64,000 nt of DNA from an uncultured Candidatus Saccharibacteria bacterium (lineage in GTDB: Bacteria; Patescibacteriota; Saccharimonadia; CAILAD01; BJGX01), in NCBI GenBank assembly GCA_964552475.1, contig CAZKFZ010000002.1:134160-198159 (forward strand), read 5' to 3'. This document shows positions 28,205 through 38,567 of this stretch, piece by piece. The notes beneath the pieces were generated by a model. That model did not search any database and was not told the origin of the DNA. It was given only the letters and a program-made list of their open reading frames with translations. The first letter of the stretch is position 1. The number at the start of each line of letters is the position of its first letter. The translations under genes were made by a program, and so were the position numbers.

Positions 28205-29458
28205 TTATAGCATTAACTGTGCAAGACTCAAGAATATGAAGAAGCCACCTACATCTGTACAGGTAGTAATAAATATTGTGGCTGAGGTAGCAGGGTCCTT
28301 TCCTAAAGATTTCATAATTAACGGAATAATTGCCCCTGCTACCGATGCAATTATAAGATTACCTATCATCGCCAACGCTAATACTAGCCCAAGCATAGGG
28401 TTTTTATTTACCAAGATAGCTACTAGAGCGACAATAGTTCCATTAATAACACCATTAATTATGCCTGCACCAAGTTCGCGCATAGCAAACCGCAGTCCGT
28501 GAGCTAGATCGATTTCTTTCATTACTAGTCCCCGTACTGCGACTGCAAGAGTTTGGGTGGCAGCATTACCACCCATACCAGCAACTATTGGCATATATAC
28601 GGCAAGAATTGTAAATTTTGCTATAGTACCTTCATAGAGTCCCACTACCGAGGCTGCCAAAAAGGCAGTACCCAAGTTGATCATCAACCAAATATAACGA
28701 TTTCGTACCTTAGGGCCTACACCATCTAACGCATCTTCTTCTTTGTTAACACCCGCAAAACCATATAAATCGTTAGCGGTACGTTTATCTATAAGACCAA
28801 GTAAGTCGTCGGAGTGAATAACCCCCAAAATGCTTTGATCTTCTGCCAAAACAACCACTTTGTTATGGGGATGCTTTATAAATGAGTTTACAACCTTATG
28901 TTCGTCGTTATCAAAGCGAACCGACGGTACTCTTTTAATATAGTTTTCAATTTTCTCTTTACCACTATGTAGTGCGAGCTCGTGGCCTGGCAATTCACCA
29001 AGTAGTTTGCCGTTATCTACCACTAAAATAGAGGGAAATTTACCTGTCCTACTCTCGTGTTCTTTAATACTAATAGATACATCTTCGAAATGCGTTTTAG
29101 GATCTATCACTACATAATCTAGATTCATCAAGCCTGCGGCAGTTCTAGGGTTAAAACTTAGTAGTGTTTCTACTTTATCTCTAACTGTATCAGATAGTTT
29201 CGAGGTAATTTTTCTGGCGCTATGCGGTTTTAGTTCTTGAATAATATCTGTGGCTTTGTCGGGATCTAGATAATTTAATAACGCAATTAGTTCATCGTTA
29301 TCTAGATCTTCTACAATACTGGATCTGATTCTCTTAGAGAGCTTGAGAAGTACAAAGCCTTGTTGGCTAACGTCTATATCGCGAAAAATAGTCAGGCGTA
29401 CACGAGGCAACTTAGTGAGTTGTTCAATTACCTTATCATCGGCTACATATGAATTCAT
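28205..29458 (-). CDS. mgtE: Magnesium transporter MgtE
   Basis: TAAGLM CBS pair, RYIWLMINL, GMGGNAATQT, DPATSATIFITTCTDV. Confidence 0.93.
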   Translation of the reverse strand: MNSYVADDKVIEQLTKLPRVRLTIFRDIDVSQQGFVLLKLSKRIRSSIVEDLDNDELIALLNYLDPDKATDIIQELKPHSARKITSKLSDTVRDKVETLLSFNPRTAAGLMNLDYVVIDPKTHFEDVSISIKEHESRTGKFPSILVVDNGKLLGELPGHELALHSGKEKIENYIKRVPSVRFDNDEHKVVNSFIKHPHNKVVVLAEDQSILGVIHSDDLLGLIDKRTANDLYGFAGVNKEEDALDGVGPKVRNRYIWLMINLGTAFLAASVVGLYEGTIAKFTILAVYMPIVAGMGGNAATQTLAVAVRGLVMKEIDLAHGLRFAMRELGAGIINGVINGTIVALVAILVNKNPMLGLVLALAMIGNLIIASVAGAIIPLIMKSLGKDPATSATIFITTCTDVGGFFIFLSLAQLML

Positions 29459-29490
29459 ATGCTCATTATACTAATGTTTGGAGTTTCTAA

Positions 29491-29763
29491 CTAGCGAACC
29501 ATGCCCTTAAATCGACTACCAGCTCTAAATTTGGGTAACATTATTTTAGGGATATCAATCTTATCTCCTGTCATCGGGTTAATACCCGCTCTTGCAGCGC
29601 GTTTGCCAAGATAAAATGTACCAAAACCTGTAATATTCACCTTTTGACCATGCTTTACTTCACTCATAATTATCATACTCATTTTATTTATAGTGCGTTC
29701 AGCTTGGCGCTTAGTAATATTGGCACTCTCCGCAAGTTCTTCAATAAGTTCTCTGTGTGTCAT
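29491..29763 (-). CDS. hup: HU family DNA-binding protein
   Basis: MTHRELIEELA, ITGFGTF, RAARAGINP.TG..I.IP...PKFRAG. Confidence 0.93.
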   Translation of the reverse strand: MTHRELIEELAESANITKRQAERTINKMSMIIMSEVKHGQKVNITGFGTFYLGKRAARAGINPMTGDKIDIPKIMLPKFRAGSRFKGMVR

Positions 29764-29779
29764 TTTTTTCCTATTTATA

Positions 29780-31297
29780 TTATTTAGCAAACTCTACTGC
29801 GCGAGTTTCACGAATTACATTTACCTTGATAGTTCCTGGATACTTTAGGGTAGCTTCTATCTTGGTGGCCACATCCCTGGCAAGCTTAATAGCACTAAGA
29901 TCGTCAACATTTTCTGGGCTCACAAATACTCGTATTTCGCGCCCAGCACTCATTGCATATACCTTCTCTACGCCCGGAAATGCTTTGGTAACATTTTCTA
30001 GGTCTGTCATGCGCTTACCAAAGTTCTCTGCACTATCGCCTCTTGCTCCAGGTCGTCCAGCACTTAATGCATCTACCACTCTCACTACTAATGCTTCTGG
30101 GGTAGTAGCTTCAATATCGTCGTGGTGTGCTTCGGCAGCATGAACAGTGGCTTCGTCAAAACCTTCTTTACGCATAATATCCCCAGTAATATGATGATGC
30201 TTACCTTCTACTTCATGACTCACGGCTTTACCCAGATCGTGTAGATATGCTGCAGTTCTACAAATTTTTACGTCAGCGCCAATTTCCTCGGCAACCATGG
30301 CCGCTAAATGAGCCATCTCAACAGAGTGATGCAGTACATTTTGACTAAAAGAAGTTCTAAACTTGAGCTGTCCCATTAATTTGTTTATCTCTGGTGGTAA
30401 ACCAACTACCTTAGCTTCTCTAGCTGCATCTTCGCCAGCTTTTTTTATTTCTGTATCAATTTCTTTTTGTGCCTTTTGTACCAACTCTTCAATGCGCCCC
30501 GGGTGAATACGTCCATCTTTTACAAGTTGTTCCATAGCAACGCGCGCAACCTGTCGACGTATTGGGTCAAATCCAGACAGGGTAATGACTCCAGGGCTTT
30601 CATCTATTAATACATCAACCCCGGTAAGGCGTTCAAAGGTTTGAATGTTCCTACCTTCTTTTCCGATTATTCTACCTTTCACTTCATCACTGGGTATTGT
30701 TACTGTCGTAATTGTTCTTTCGGTAGCCTGACTACTGGCCATTCTCTCCATGGCAGCTGCCATTATTTCTTTGGCATCTTCATCGGCATTTTCGGTTGCA
30801 TCACGTTTGAGTTTCTCTATGTATTCTACGAGGTCGGCTTTGATGTCTTTTTCGGTCATAGCCATAAGTTTATCTACTGCTTCTTTACGTTTTAGTTTAG
30901 CTATTTTCTCTAGATTATCGACTTGTCGAGATCGAATATCTCGAAGTTCTTGTTTGATGGCCTCAATCTCTTTCTCGTCATTTTTCATAACTTCAGCCCG
31001 TCGCTCTACAGCCTCTAGCTTACTATCTAGTAATTTTTCTCTATCGCTAACTCGCTTTTCTTGTTCGTCTATACGAGATCTTCGTTGTTTTTCTTCATCT
31101 TTAGCTTCATTTTGAATCTTTAACGCTTCTTCTTTGGCGTGTAAAATTTCTTCTTTCGATTTTACCTTAGCTTCTTCTAAGATTTTATCTGCCTTTGCTT
31201 GACCATCAGCGCTTTTTTGTCTGTTTATTACAACACTACCACCATAACCTAGTGCGCCAGCACCGATCATAACAGCGAGTAAAATAACCACCTGCAT
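29780..31297 (-). CDS. rny: Ribonuclease Y
   Basis: N-terminal TM, coiled coil, KH KGRIIGKEGRNI, HD domain HHS...LHDLGK; start at MQVV with GAGGAG SD. Confidence 0.96.
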   Translation of the reverse strand: MQVVILLAVMIGAGALGYGGSVVINRQKSADGQAKADKILEEAKVKSKEEILHAKEEALKIQNEAKDEEKQRRSRIDEQEKRVSDREKLLDSKLEAVERRAEVMKNDEKEIEAIKQELRDIRSRQVDNLEKIAKLKRKEAVDKLMAMTEKDIKADLVEYIEKLKRDATENADEDAKEIMAAAMERMASSQATERTITTVTIPSDEVKGRIIGKEGRNIQTFERLTGVDVLIDESPGVITLSGFDPIRRQVARVAMEQLVKDGRIHPGRIEELVQKAQKEIDTEIKKAGEDAAREAKVVGLPPEINKLMGQLKFRTSFSQNVLHHSVEMAHLAAMVAEEIGADVKICRTAAYLHDLGKAVSHEVEGKHHHITGDIMRKEGFDEATVHAAEAHHDDIEATTPEALVVRVVDALSAGRPGARGDSAENFGKRMTDLENVTKAFPGVEKVYAMSAGREIRVFVSPENVDDLSAIKLARDVATKIEATLKYPGTIKVNVIRETRAVEFAK

Positions 31298-31505
31298 TTT
31301 TACACTCCTCTCGCAATGTTTATACAAAAACAACCAAGTTTAAGTTTAAAAGGTTGTTTTTGTATTTGTATTGTATGAATTTAATTAATTATAAAAGCCT
31401 TGTTTAGAGTCTTTATATATAAAGCTCTGGTATTGTCTGACTAATTCCATTATTATCCGTGATACTTATAGAATCAAGTTTTTTGCTTATAAAAAACTAA
31501 ATTAT

Positions 31506-32306
31506 TTACTTTTTAGGCTCCGTTATATTTGGTTCTGATGAGTATTTAGGTGTAACAAAAATATTTGTCTTTGCAGTCATGAGTTTTTTTAGACCATTTT
31601 TTATCCAGTCATTCTTATTAGCCTCAACTACTGGAATATTTTGTGAGTATGCCAAAGTATTGGCGACCGTAGTACCAATGCGTAAGCCGGTGAATGAACC
31701 TTCTCCTGTGAAAACAACAATACCATGCAAATCAAGCATATTAACATAATTGCGTTTAAATAATTCTTGAATATACGGGAGTAGTTCGTCTGCAAGAGAT
31801 CTACCTGCTATCCATATGTGGTCATCAATTTTTTGTCCGTCTGCTGTCATTAAATATAACTCTGCTTGTTCTGTATCTGTTCTTATCGCAAGTATTACTC
31901 TTAAATTTTTTTCTGTAGGCCATACACCCGACTTAATCAATTGGTCTTGTTTTGGCTCGCCACAATACTCATACACCCACGCTTGATTGTCTGGGGCTAT
32001 TAGCTTGGTTAGCACCCGTCTATAGCCCGGGCTTGTTGTGTTGATATTGTCTATAGCTTCGTAATCATCTAACTTAGGTAATATACTTTTGTCCAAAATT
32101 TCATATAGCTCCGCCTTTACCCTACCGCCTCCAAGTTTGAGCGCTGGTAATCTGCCAATATCATATAATTTGCCTTCTATTATGCAGCTACCTACATAGT
32201 TCAGCTTTTCTGATAACTCCTTAATAAATGGGTTAGCAGATTCTTTTTTGAGAGTTCCATAAAATGAAATATAGTCTTTATTGTTATTTTTTTTTAGAAC
32301 AATCAT
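31506..32306 (-). CDS. tsaB: Fusion of gamma-glutamylcyclotransferase (AIG2-like) and short TsaB
   Basis: N-half FYGTLK, LDDYE, AWVY; C-half GEGSFTGLRIG...ANTLAY...IPV; downstream of tsaE. Confidence 0.85.
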   Translation of the reverse strand: MIVLKKNNNKDYISFYGTLKKESANPFIKELSEKLNYVGSCIIEGKLYDIGRLPALKLGGGRVKAELYEILDKSILPKLDDYEAIDNINTTSPGYRRVLTKLIAPDNQAWVYEYCGEPKQDQLIKSGVWPTEKNLRVILAIRTDTEQAELYLMTADGQKIDDHIWIAGRSLADELLPYIQELFKRNYVNMLDLHGIVVFTGEGSFTGLRIGTTVANTLAYSQNIPVVEANKNDWIKNGLKKLMTAKTNIFVTPKYSSEPNITEPKK

Positions 32307-32782
32307 TTTAATACCTCAAGCAATTTGGTACTTTTGTCGCCTTCGGCAGAAAATACTAGCCCTCTGGTGTTCTCGTCAATATACTCAAACTTAATTACTA
32401 ATCTATTTTTATCTAGAACTTTATGAAAGTTCTGGGCCCATTCTACTACTACCAAAGCGTTTGGGTCGGTTAAACAATCTTGGAGTTCATTTAATACATA
32501 CTCATCATCGTTTATTCTGTAAAGATCAAAATGCTCGAGTTTGCCACCATCAAACTCATAACTTCTGTGAATATTAAATGTAGGACTAGTTATAGTCTGC
32601 TTTACGCCTAGAGTCTTTCCTAGCGCCTTAGTGAAGGCAGTTTTACCTCCTCCGAGATCTCCTATGAGTTCTATTAATTGGGGAGTATTAATTTTTTTAG
32701 CGAGTTTAGCGGCCAAGGCCGAACTTGTTTTTAAATCTAATGTAAGACGAAGTGATTTCTGGTTTGTATTCATATATTCCAT
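32303..32782 (-). CDS. tsaE: t6A biosynthesis ATPase TsaE
   Basis: GDLGGGKT, TSPTF, HFDLYR, VEW. Confidence 0.95.
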   Translation of the reverse strand: MEYMNTNQKSLRLTLDLKTSSALAAKLAKKINTPQLIELIGDLGGGKTAFTKALGKTLGVKQTITSPTFNIHRSYEFDGGKLEHFDLYRINDDEYVLNELQDCLTDPNALVVVEWAQNFHKVLDKNRLVIKFEYIDENTRGLVFSAEGDKSTKLLEVLK

Positions 32783-33998
32783 AGCCTATAGTACCTGTTC
32801 CAAGAATAATCAGCAACCACGGCCACAGGTTGGCAAATTTTGAGTTTAGTGAAGCTTGGTTTTCGGTAGCAATGTCGTTGGCAGTTTTTTCTTTGGAAGC
32901 TTTTAGTTTATTGGCTTTGGGTTTTTGAGTTGATACTTTTTTGGCAACCGCCTTTTTCTTAGTAGCTGACTTAGCCGATGATTTCGTAGCGATGGGTTTA
33001 ATAATAATTGGTGCAATATAAACTGATGAGTTACTAATAGCAGGTGTTGGAGTTGTGTTCCAGTCCCACGACCCGTCCACCAATCCCCAACTCAACCCCT
33101 CTTTTGATTCACCATAGTCTGGTGATTGTTCTACGATATCACCTGTAGGATTGACCAAACTAATAGTGTCTCCGTTGTTATTGAGAGACAGATGAGTTTC
33201 TGAGCTCATAAATACTATATAGCTCTCAGCTGCCACAGTATGATTTTTGATAATAAATACGTTACCGGAAGCGTCTTTGAGTAGCCAACCGCTTAAATCT
33301 ACATCGAATTTATTAGGATTATATATTTCTATGAATTCGTCGGTAGATTCCGATTCGTCGTCGGTTGGGTTTGGATAAAGTTCGGTAATCATCAATGCTG
33401 GATAACTAATGTCTTCATCAATTTGTTCAACTTCTACAACCGGAATGGTTTTGGGGGTAGGTGTAGTAGCAATATAAAAATCTGAGAAATTATCGCCAGT
33501 ATCTATTACTAAGCCCGTACCAGATTCGAATTGTCTATATAGACTTTGCCCAGCTTCTGGAGCAACTGTAGCTTTACCGTTGCTGGCGTCAGTACCACCC
33601 CACCCAACTCTATCTACAACACTACCTTTGTCATCCCTAAGATCTATTACTCCGGAAGTTTGCGACATACCAGAAATCAAACTAGCATCTTGCTCCAGAC
33701 TGTTAGTGCTAATAAGAAAAAACGCGTGACTAGCAATACTACTATTTGCTGTAAGGCTAGCACGTTTGTTCCACGTTTTACCTGTAGCAGATTTATAGTG
33801 GACCGACCAATTCGCCAAATTTATTGAACTGTCTGAGTTATTATACAGCTCTACAAATTCTTCGGTCGCAGAAGTAGAGCTACCCATACTTATTTCTGAG
33901 ATTAGCACTTTAGATTCAGAAGCTGCCACCAACTTAATTGGTAATAATAGACATAGTACAGTCGAAACAATCAACAATAATTTTAATTTAATACTCAT
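32706..33998 (-). CDS. Surface protein with two lamin-tail domains and C-terminal TM anchor
   Basis: VLISEI...EFVELYN; MITELYPNP...EFIEIYNP...DLSGW; Lys-rich linker; TM. Confidence 0.85.
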   Translation of the reverse strand: MSIKLKLLLIVSTVLCLLLPIKLVAASESKVLISEISMGSSTSATEEFVELYNNSDSSINLANWSVHYKSATGKTWNKRASLTANSSIASHAFFLISTNSLEQDASLISGMSQTSGVIDLRDDKGSVVDRVGWGGTDASNGKATVAPEAGQSLYRQFESGTGLVIDTGDNFSDFYIATTPTPKTIPVVEVEQIDEDISYPALMITELYPNPTDDESESTDEFIEIYNPNKFDVDLSGWLLKDASGNVFIIKNHTVAAESYIVFMSSETHLSLNNNGDTISLVNPTGDIVEQSPDYGESKEGLSWGLVDGSWDWNTTPTPAISNSSVYIAPIIIKPIATKSSAKSATKKKAVAKKVSTQKPKANKLKASKEKTANDIATENQASLNSKFANLWPWLLIILGTGTIGYGIYEYKPEITSSYIRFKNKFGLGR

Positions 33999-34154
33999 TT
34001 TCCCCCTTCGTTTTTTTTTATAATAATCACTAAAAAACCGAAAGTAAAGCGTAACAACGATACTTTATTAAAATTTCATAAAAAAACTATACTTGACCGT
34101 ATAAGCACAACAGGTTTACAATATAAGCTACCAAAGATAGTAACGAGGAACCTA

Positions 34155-34568
34155 ATGAAGATTGGTCAATTTCTAAAGCCTCAAAAAGGCTTTACCCTAC
34201 TTGAGCTACTAATTGTAATAATAATTGTTTTTGTACTAGGTATTATTATTGTACCCAACCTCTTATCTGGCCCTGCCAGGGCTAGGGATAGTCAGCGTAA
34301 GCAAGATCTTAGGCAAATTAAGACAGCTCTAGAGAACTATTACAACACCAATAGTAGTTACCCGACATCACTACAGGTATTAACCGAAGGCAGCTCACCT
34401 TTTATAAAAACTTTACCGACCGACCCAAAAACCCATGAAGCCTATGTGTATACCACAACGGGTAACCCACCAAGTAATTACCTACTAAAAGTTACATTAG
34501 AAAATAGTGGCGACAAAGATGCTAAGTCTGGCACCACTAATATATATGAAGTGAATAGTACTAACTGA
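34155..34568 (+). CDS. Type IV pilin / GspG-like pseudopilin
   Basis: KGFTLLELLIVI prepilin site, ARDSQRKQDL..IKTALE.Y, LPTDP; TTGACC-18-TACAAT promoter at 34093-34122. Confidence 0.9.
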   Translation: MKIGQFLKPQKGFTLLELLIVIIIVFVLGIIIVPNLLSGPARARDSQRKQDLRQIKTALENYYNTNSSYPTSLQVLTEGSSPFIKTLPTDPKTHEAYVYTTTGNPPSNYLLKVTLENSGDKDAKSGTTNIYEVNSTN

Positions 34569-34611
34569 GTTAACTATATAAAAATCAAATTACCAACTAG
34601 GTTGAATATTT

Positions 34612-35658
34612 ATGATTAAACTTCTAGGTAAAAATCCAAATTCAGTTATTGGGCTAGATATTGGCGAACATACCATTAAGGCTGTTCAGGTAACAAAAAG
34701 TGGTAGTCAGGTGAGTTTAGATGGCTATGGTAGTATTGAGAATAATTCCTTAGATCTTAATAGTTCAATAACTCTAAGACCTGTACTTAAACATCTTTTT
34801 CAAAATCCTACACATGGTAGGTTTAACTCTAGTAATGCAGTGGTTAGTCTGCCCAATCAGATTAGTTCAACTTCTATACTAGATATTCCAAAAACAAAAA
34901 ACTTGCGCTCTAAACCCGAATCTTACATACAAAGTTTTATTCAAAATAAATATGGTAGTAACCGAGACATATCTTATAGTTATTTTCCTGTAAATATAAA
35001 TCAATTAGCCGATAAAAGTATTAAAAATACCTATTTAGTAGTGACTACTGCTAAAGAATTAACTAGTAGTATAGATAGCAGTTTGTTACAGAACGGTGTT
35101 AAGAGCACTACCTACAGTTCAATGCTTAATGTTGCACTCAAAAACCACAAACCCCATGCCGAAGTATTAAACCTAATAGATATTGGGCACAAAACCAGCA
35201 CCTACCTATTTGCATACAAGGATGCCGTATTATTTAATAAGATAAATTTTGGCGCCGATCAGTTAATGCTTTCGGTCGCAAAAGATCTGCAAATTAATAG
35301 AATTCAACAGGTGGTTGAGTTAATAAAAAAATCAGGTCTTTATGGTGATGAGTTCGCCAACAAGGCACGACATAGCATTGAAAGATCTGCCAGCGGATTT
35401 ATACATGAGCTTAAACAATTAATTGATAATTATAATCTAGCATTGGTTGGAAGCAAACCTCAAGACACAACTATAACTATATGTGGAGCAATATCTGGGG
35501 TAGCGGGATTCACTGAATTTATGTCGTCAAGTCTTGGTATAAAAACAGATATTATTAAGCCGTGGCAAAACACCGACATCTATCCTCTTAAACCATTGTC
35601 ATCTAATAAATTAGCACTATTTGGCACCGCAATTGGTTTGTCTCTTAGCCTATACTAG
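34612..35658 (+). CDS. pilM: Type IV pilus assembly protein PilM (divergent)
   Basis: IGLDIGEHTIKAVQ, IDIGHKTS, ICGAIS, AIGLSL actin-like motifs. Confidence 0.8.
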   Translation: MIKLLGKNPNSVIGLDIGEHTIKAVQVTKSGSQVSLDGYGSIENNSLDLNSSITLRPVLKHLFQNPTHGRFNSSNAVVSLPNQISSTSILDIPKTKNLRSKPESYIQSFIQNKYGSNRDISYSYFPVNINQLADKSIKNTYLVVTTAKELTSSIDSSLLQNGVKSTTYSSMLNVALKNHKPHAEVLNLIDIGHKTSTYLFAYKDAVLFNKINFGADQLMLSVAKDLQINRIQQVVELIKKSGLYGDEFANKARHSIERSASGFIHELKQLIDNYNLALVGSKPQDTTITICGAISGVAGFTEFMSSSLGIKTDIIKPWQNTDIYPLKPLSSNKLALFGTAIGLSLSLY

Positions 35659-36300
35659 ATAGTTCTTTTCTTCGTGGTGCATAGCATTTTTTTGTGAATT
35701 AACATTTTCTTTTCTAATTTTGAGTATATAGTGCTCTATCTCGTATGGTTCGGCAATATAATCGAGTACAAAATTTTCTCGCTCACCAGCAGTTTGAATC
35801 AACAAGGTGCCATATTGAAAAATAGTTTGCATTGGTCCATGCACTTTGGCAGTGATATCCTGTATCTCCTCTAGCCGAAGTGTAGATACTGTTCTATTAA
35901 ACAATCCAATTTGATCAATGTCTACTATGTGTTCGTTAGTAATAATTAATTTATTTCTGCGCCAAATCCAAAAAACTGCAACAAATAAAAAGGCTAGTAA
36001 AAAAATTACTAAAAACCCTACAAGGTTTAAATAGCTCATCGAAACAACCGTATTTATTTGGTCTTGATATTGACCCAAATAATAAACGCCAATAATACCA
36101 AGAATGGCAAGAGTAAACAATGCGAATAGAAACGGGAATATTGCAACAATATGCTTGTATACTACCTTTAGAGTAACTTCACTACTAGGTTGGCCCGGGT
36201 AATGCTTACTAACCGTAGAATGAAAAATTTTGCCAAAAAGTGAAGCTTTGGTTTTTTTATCTTCGCCAGGTGGTTCATGTTTAATAGTGTAGTTTTCCAT
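35650..36300 (-). CDS. Membrane protein with bacterial PH domain
   Basis: Two TM helices then IITNEHIVDIDQIGLF...IQDIT...YGTLLIQTAG. Confidence 0.8.
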   Translation of the reverse strand: MENYTIKHEPPGEDKKTKASLFGKIFHSTVSKHYPGQPSSEVTLKVVYKHIVAIFPFLFALFTLAILGIIGVYYLGQYQDQINTVVSMSYLNLVGFLVIFLLAFLFVAVFWIWRRNKLIITNEHIVDIDQIGLFNRTVSTLRLEEIQDITAKVHGPMQTIFQYGTLLIQTAGERENFVLDYIAEPYEIEHYILKIRKENVNSQKNAMHHEEKNYLV

Positions 36301-36332
36301 ATATGGGCGCTATTTTAGCATAATTAGGCTAT

Positions 36333-37388
36333 TTATAATAGATTCGCTTGATTTTGCGAGGACTGAATATCTTTTGGGGGCTCAATACCCAAATGCAAGT
36401 AAGCCTTGGGTGTGGCAATTCGTCCCCGATGTGATCGTTGTAATAAACCAATCTGAATCAAGTACGGCTCGTAAACATCTTCAATAGTTTGTCGCTCCTC
36501 ACCGGTAGCGGCAGCTATTGCTGACACACCAACTGGTCCACCTCCATACTGTTCGATAATAGTTGTAAGCACTTTTCTATCGGCACTCTCCAGACCATGT
36601 TCGTCGATATTTAATAACTCCAGAGTGTTGTACAATGCATCTCTATTAATAGTACCATTGCCGTGAACTTGTGCGTAATCGCGTACTCTCTTAATTAGCC
36701 GGTTAGCTATTCGTGGTGTTAAACGTGCACGATGTGACATTTGTTCTAGAGCCTGAGAGTCAACATCTATATTAAGAATTTTGGAGCTGCGGGCAATAAT
36801 TTGTTCTATTTGTTTGGGCGTATAGTACTCGAGACGATTTACTAAGCCAAATCTGTCGCGCATAGGCCCAGACAGGGCCCCAAAGCGAGTAGTGGCTCCT
36901 ACTAGAGTAAACTTGGGAAGGTCTAGCCGCAAGCTCTGGGCCGATGGGCCTTTGCCTAGCATAATATCTATTACGTAGTCTTCCATTGCAGGGTAAAGTA
37001 TTTCTTCAACCGAGCGAGGAAGGCGATGAATTTCGTCAATAAATAATATGTCGCCTTCTTCTAAGTTGGTCAGAAGCGAGGCTAAGTCGGCTGCACGTTC
37101 TATGGCCGGGCCGCTAGTGATTTTAATAGGTCGGCCAGTTTCGTTGGCAATAACGTAGGCTAATGTAGTTTTGCCCAAACCTGGTGGGCCATACAAAAGC
37201 ACGTGATCAATAGGCTCTTTACGTTGGTTGGCTGCTGTTATAGCTAATTGTAGGCTTTTTTTGATTTGGTCTTGCCCTATATATTCACTAAAATTTTTTG
37301 GGCGCAAACCGTCTTCAAAAACTTTTTCTTCAGCATCATCTATTTGACCATCTGGCTGAATTTGTTTTTTGTTACTGCGCTCTATCAT
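36333..37388 (-). CDS. ruvB: Holliday junction helicase RuvB
   Basis: [40 protein letters not shown]. Confidence 0.97.
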   Translation of the reverse strand: MIERSNKKQIQPDGQIDDAEEKVFEDGLRPKNFSEYIGQDQIKKSLQLAITAANQRKEPIDHVLLYGPPGLGKTTLAYVIANETGRPIKITSGPAIERAADLASLLTNLEEGDILFIDEIHRLPRSVEEILYPAMEDYVIDIMLGKGPSAQSLRLDLPKFTLVGATTRFGALSGPMRDRFGLVNRLEYYTPKQIEQIIARSSKILNIDVDSQALEQMSHRARLTPRIANRLIKRVRDYAQVHGNGTINRDALYNTLELLNIDEHGLESADRKVLTTIIEQYGGGPVGVSAIAAATGEERQTIEDVYEPYLIQIGLLQRSHRGRIATPKAYLHLGIEPPKDIQSSQNQANLL

Positions 37389-37945
37389 TGTTTAGACACC
37401 TTTAAAGCCTGTTTAACTCTCTCTTGGGTGCTAAGATCTAAGGGTATGTTTTTGAGTACAGTAGTAGCATCTTTAGATTTATAACCAAGACTAAGTAGGG
37501 CTTGGTAAGCCGGGTCTTCGTGATTAACAGTCTGAGTTTCTACTTCGTCTACCAATTTGCCTTTGAGATCCAAAATAATACGCTGGGCAGTTTTTTTACC
37601 AATTCCACTTACAGCCGAAAACAAAGATATGTTGTCTTGCAAAATAGCTTGTGCCACCTCTTCTGTAGAATGGGCGGCCAAAATTGACATTGCTGCTTTG
37701 GGGCCAACGCCACTTACAGAGGTGAGTTGGTAATACATGTTTCTACCAGCTAAGTCTAAAAAACCATAGAGGGTGTGGTCATCTTCCTTTATGTTTTCAG
37801 CAATATAAAAAGTTTGGGTTTGAAGGGTTTGAATAGCTTCTTTTTCGCTATTGGTAATAAATACTTCATAGCCTACTCCTCCTACATCTATAATAATTGA
37901 ACTTAACAAAATATCTTGGATTGTTCCGGTTATTTTCGCAATCAT
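37385..37945 (-). CDS. ruvA: RuvA
   Basis: [33 protein letters not shown]. Confidence 0.96.
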   Translation of the reverse strand: MIAKITGTIQDILLSSIIIDVGGVGYEVFITNSEKEAIQTLQTQTFYIAENIKEDDHTLYGFLDLAGRNMYYQLTSVSGVGPKAAMSILAAHSTEEVAQAILQDNISLFSAVSGIGKKTAQRIILDLKGKLVDEVETQTVNHEDPAYQALLSLGYKSKDATTVLKNIPLDLSTQERVKQALKVSKQ

Positions 37946-37977
37946 ATCTTATATTATACACTAAGATGTTTGTATAA

Positions 37978-38093
37978 GAGTGCTTATCGTCAGTGTGCTC
38001 AAGTCAAACCCGAAACCCAGAAAGAGTCGTAAGTGTATTACTGCGATTGAGGATTGGAGGTTTTAACGCGGAGATGTGCGATGAGAAGCGCTC
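37978..38093. repeat. Imperfect palindromic element overlapping the ruvC 3' end
   Basis: Terminal GAGTGCTT/AAGCGCTC arms, central AGTCGTAAGT/ACTGCGATT hairpin; single copy in window. Confidence 0.4.
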
Positions 38094-38560
38094 GTAGAAT
38101 TCGTACTAGCACAAATTGCTATGGCCAAGGCATCGGCTGCATCGTCGGGTTTTGGCAGCTCCGGTGTTTTTAGTATTTTTTGTACCATTTGTTGCACTTG
38201 TTTTTTAGTGGCTTGTCCATAACCTGTCACCGACTGTTTTACTTGCAATGGAGTATATTCTTTTAGAGTTAAGTCGGCTTTTTGGGCAGCTAATAAAACA
38301 ACTCCTCTTGCCTGTCCTACGCTTATTGCGGTAGTTACGTTACGTGCAAAAAACAATTGTTCAACAGCAATTACCTCGGGTTGATACTTCTTGATAATTT
38401 CTTCTAGATCATCAAAAAGGATTAAAAGCCTATTGCTCATAGGTAGAGACTTAGGTGTAGAGATTACACCATAATCAAGAGTTGTGAGTTGGCCTTTACT
38501 TTTTTTTATAACACCAAAACCAGTTGTGGCCGTGCCTGGATCGATGCCAAGAATCATCAT
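38063..38560 (-). CDS. ruvC: Holliday junction resolvase RuvC
   Basis: ILGIDPGTATTGFG, EQLFF, QARGV, PDDAADALAIA. Confidence 0.96.
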   Translation of the reverse strand: MMILGIDPGTATTGFGVIKKSKGQLTTLDYGVISTPKSLPMSNRLLILFDDLEEIIKKYQPEVIAVEQLFFARNVTTAISVGQARGVVLLAAQKADLTLKEYTPLQVKQSVTGYGQATKKQVQQMVQKILKTPELPKPDDAADALAIAICASTNSTSASHRTSPR

Positions 38561-38567
38561 ATATTTT

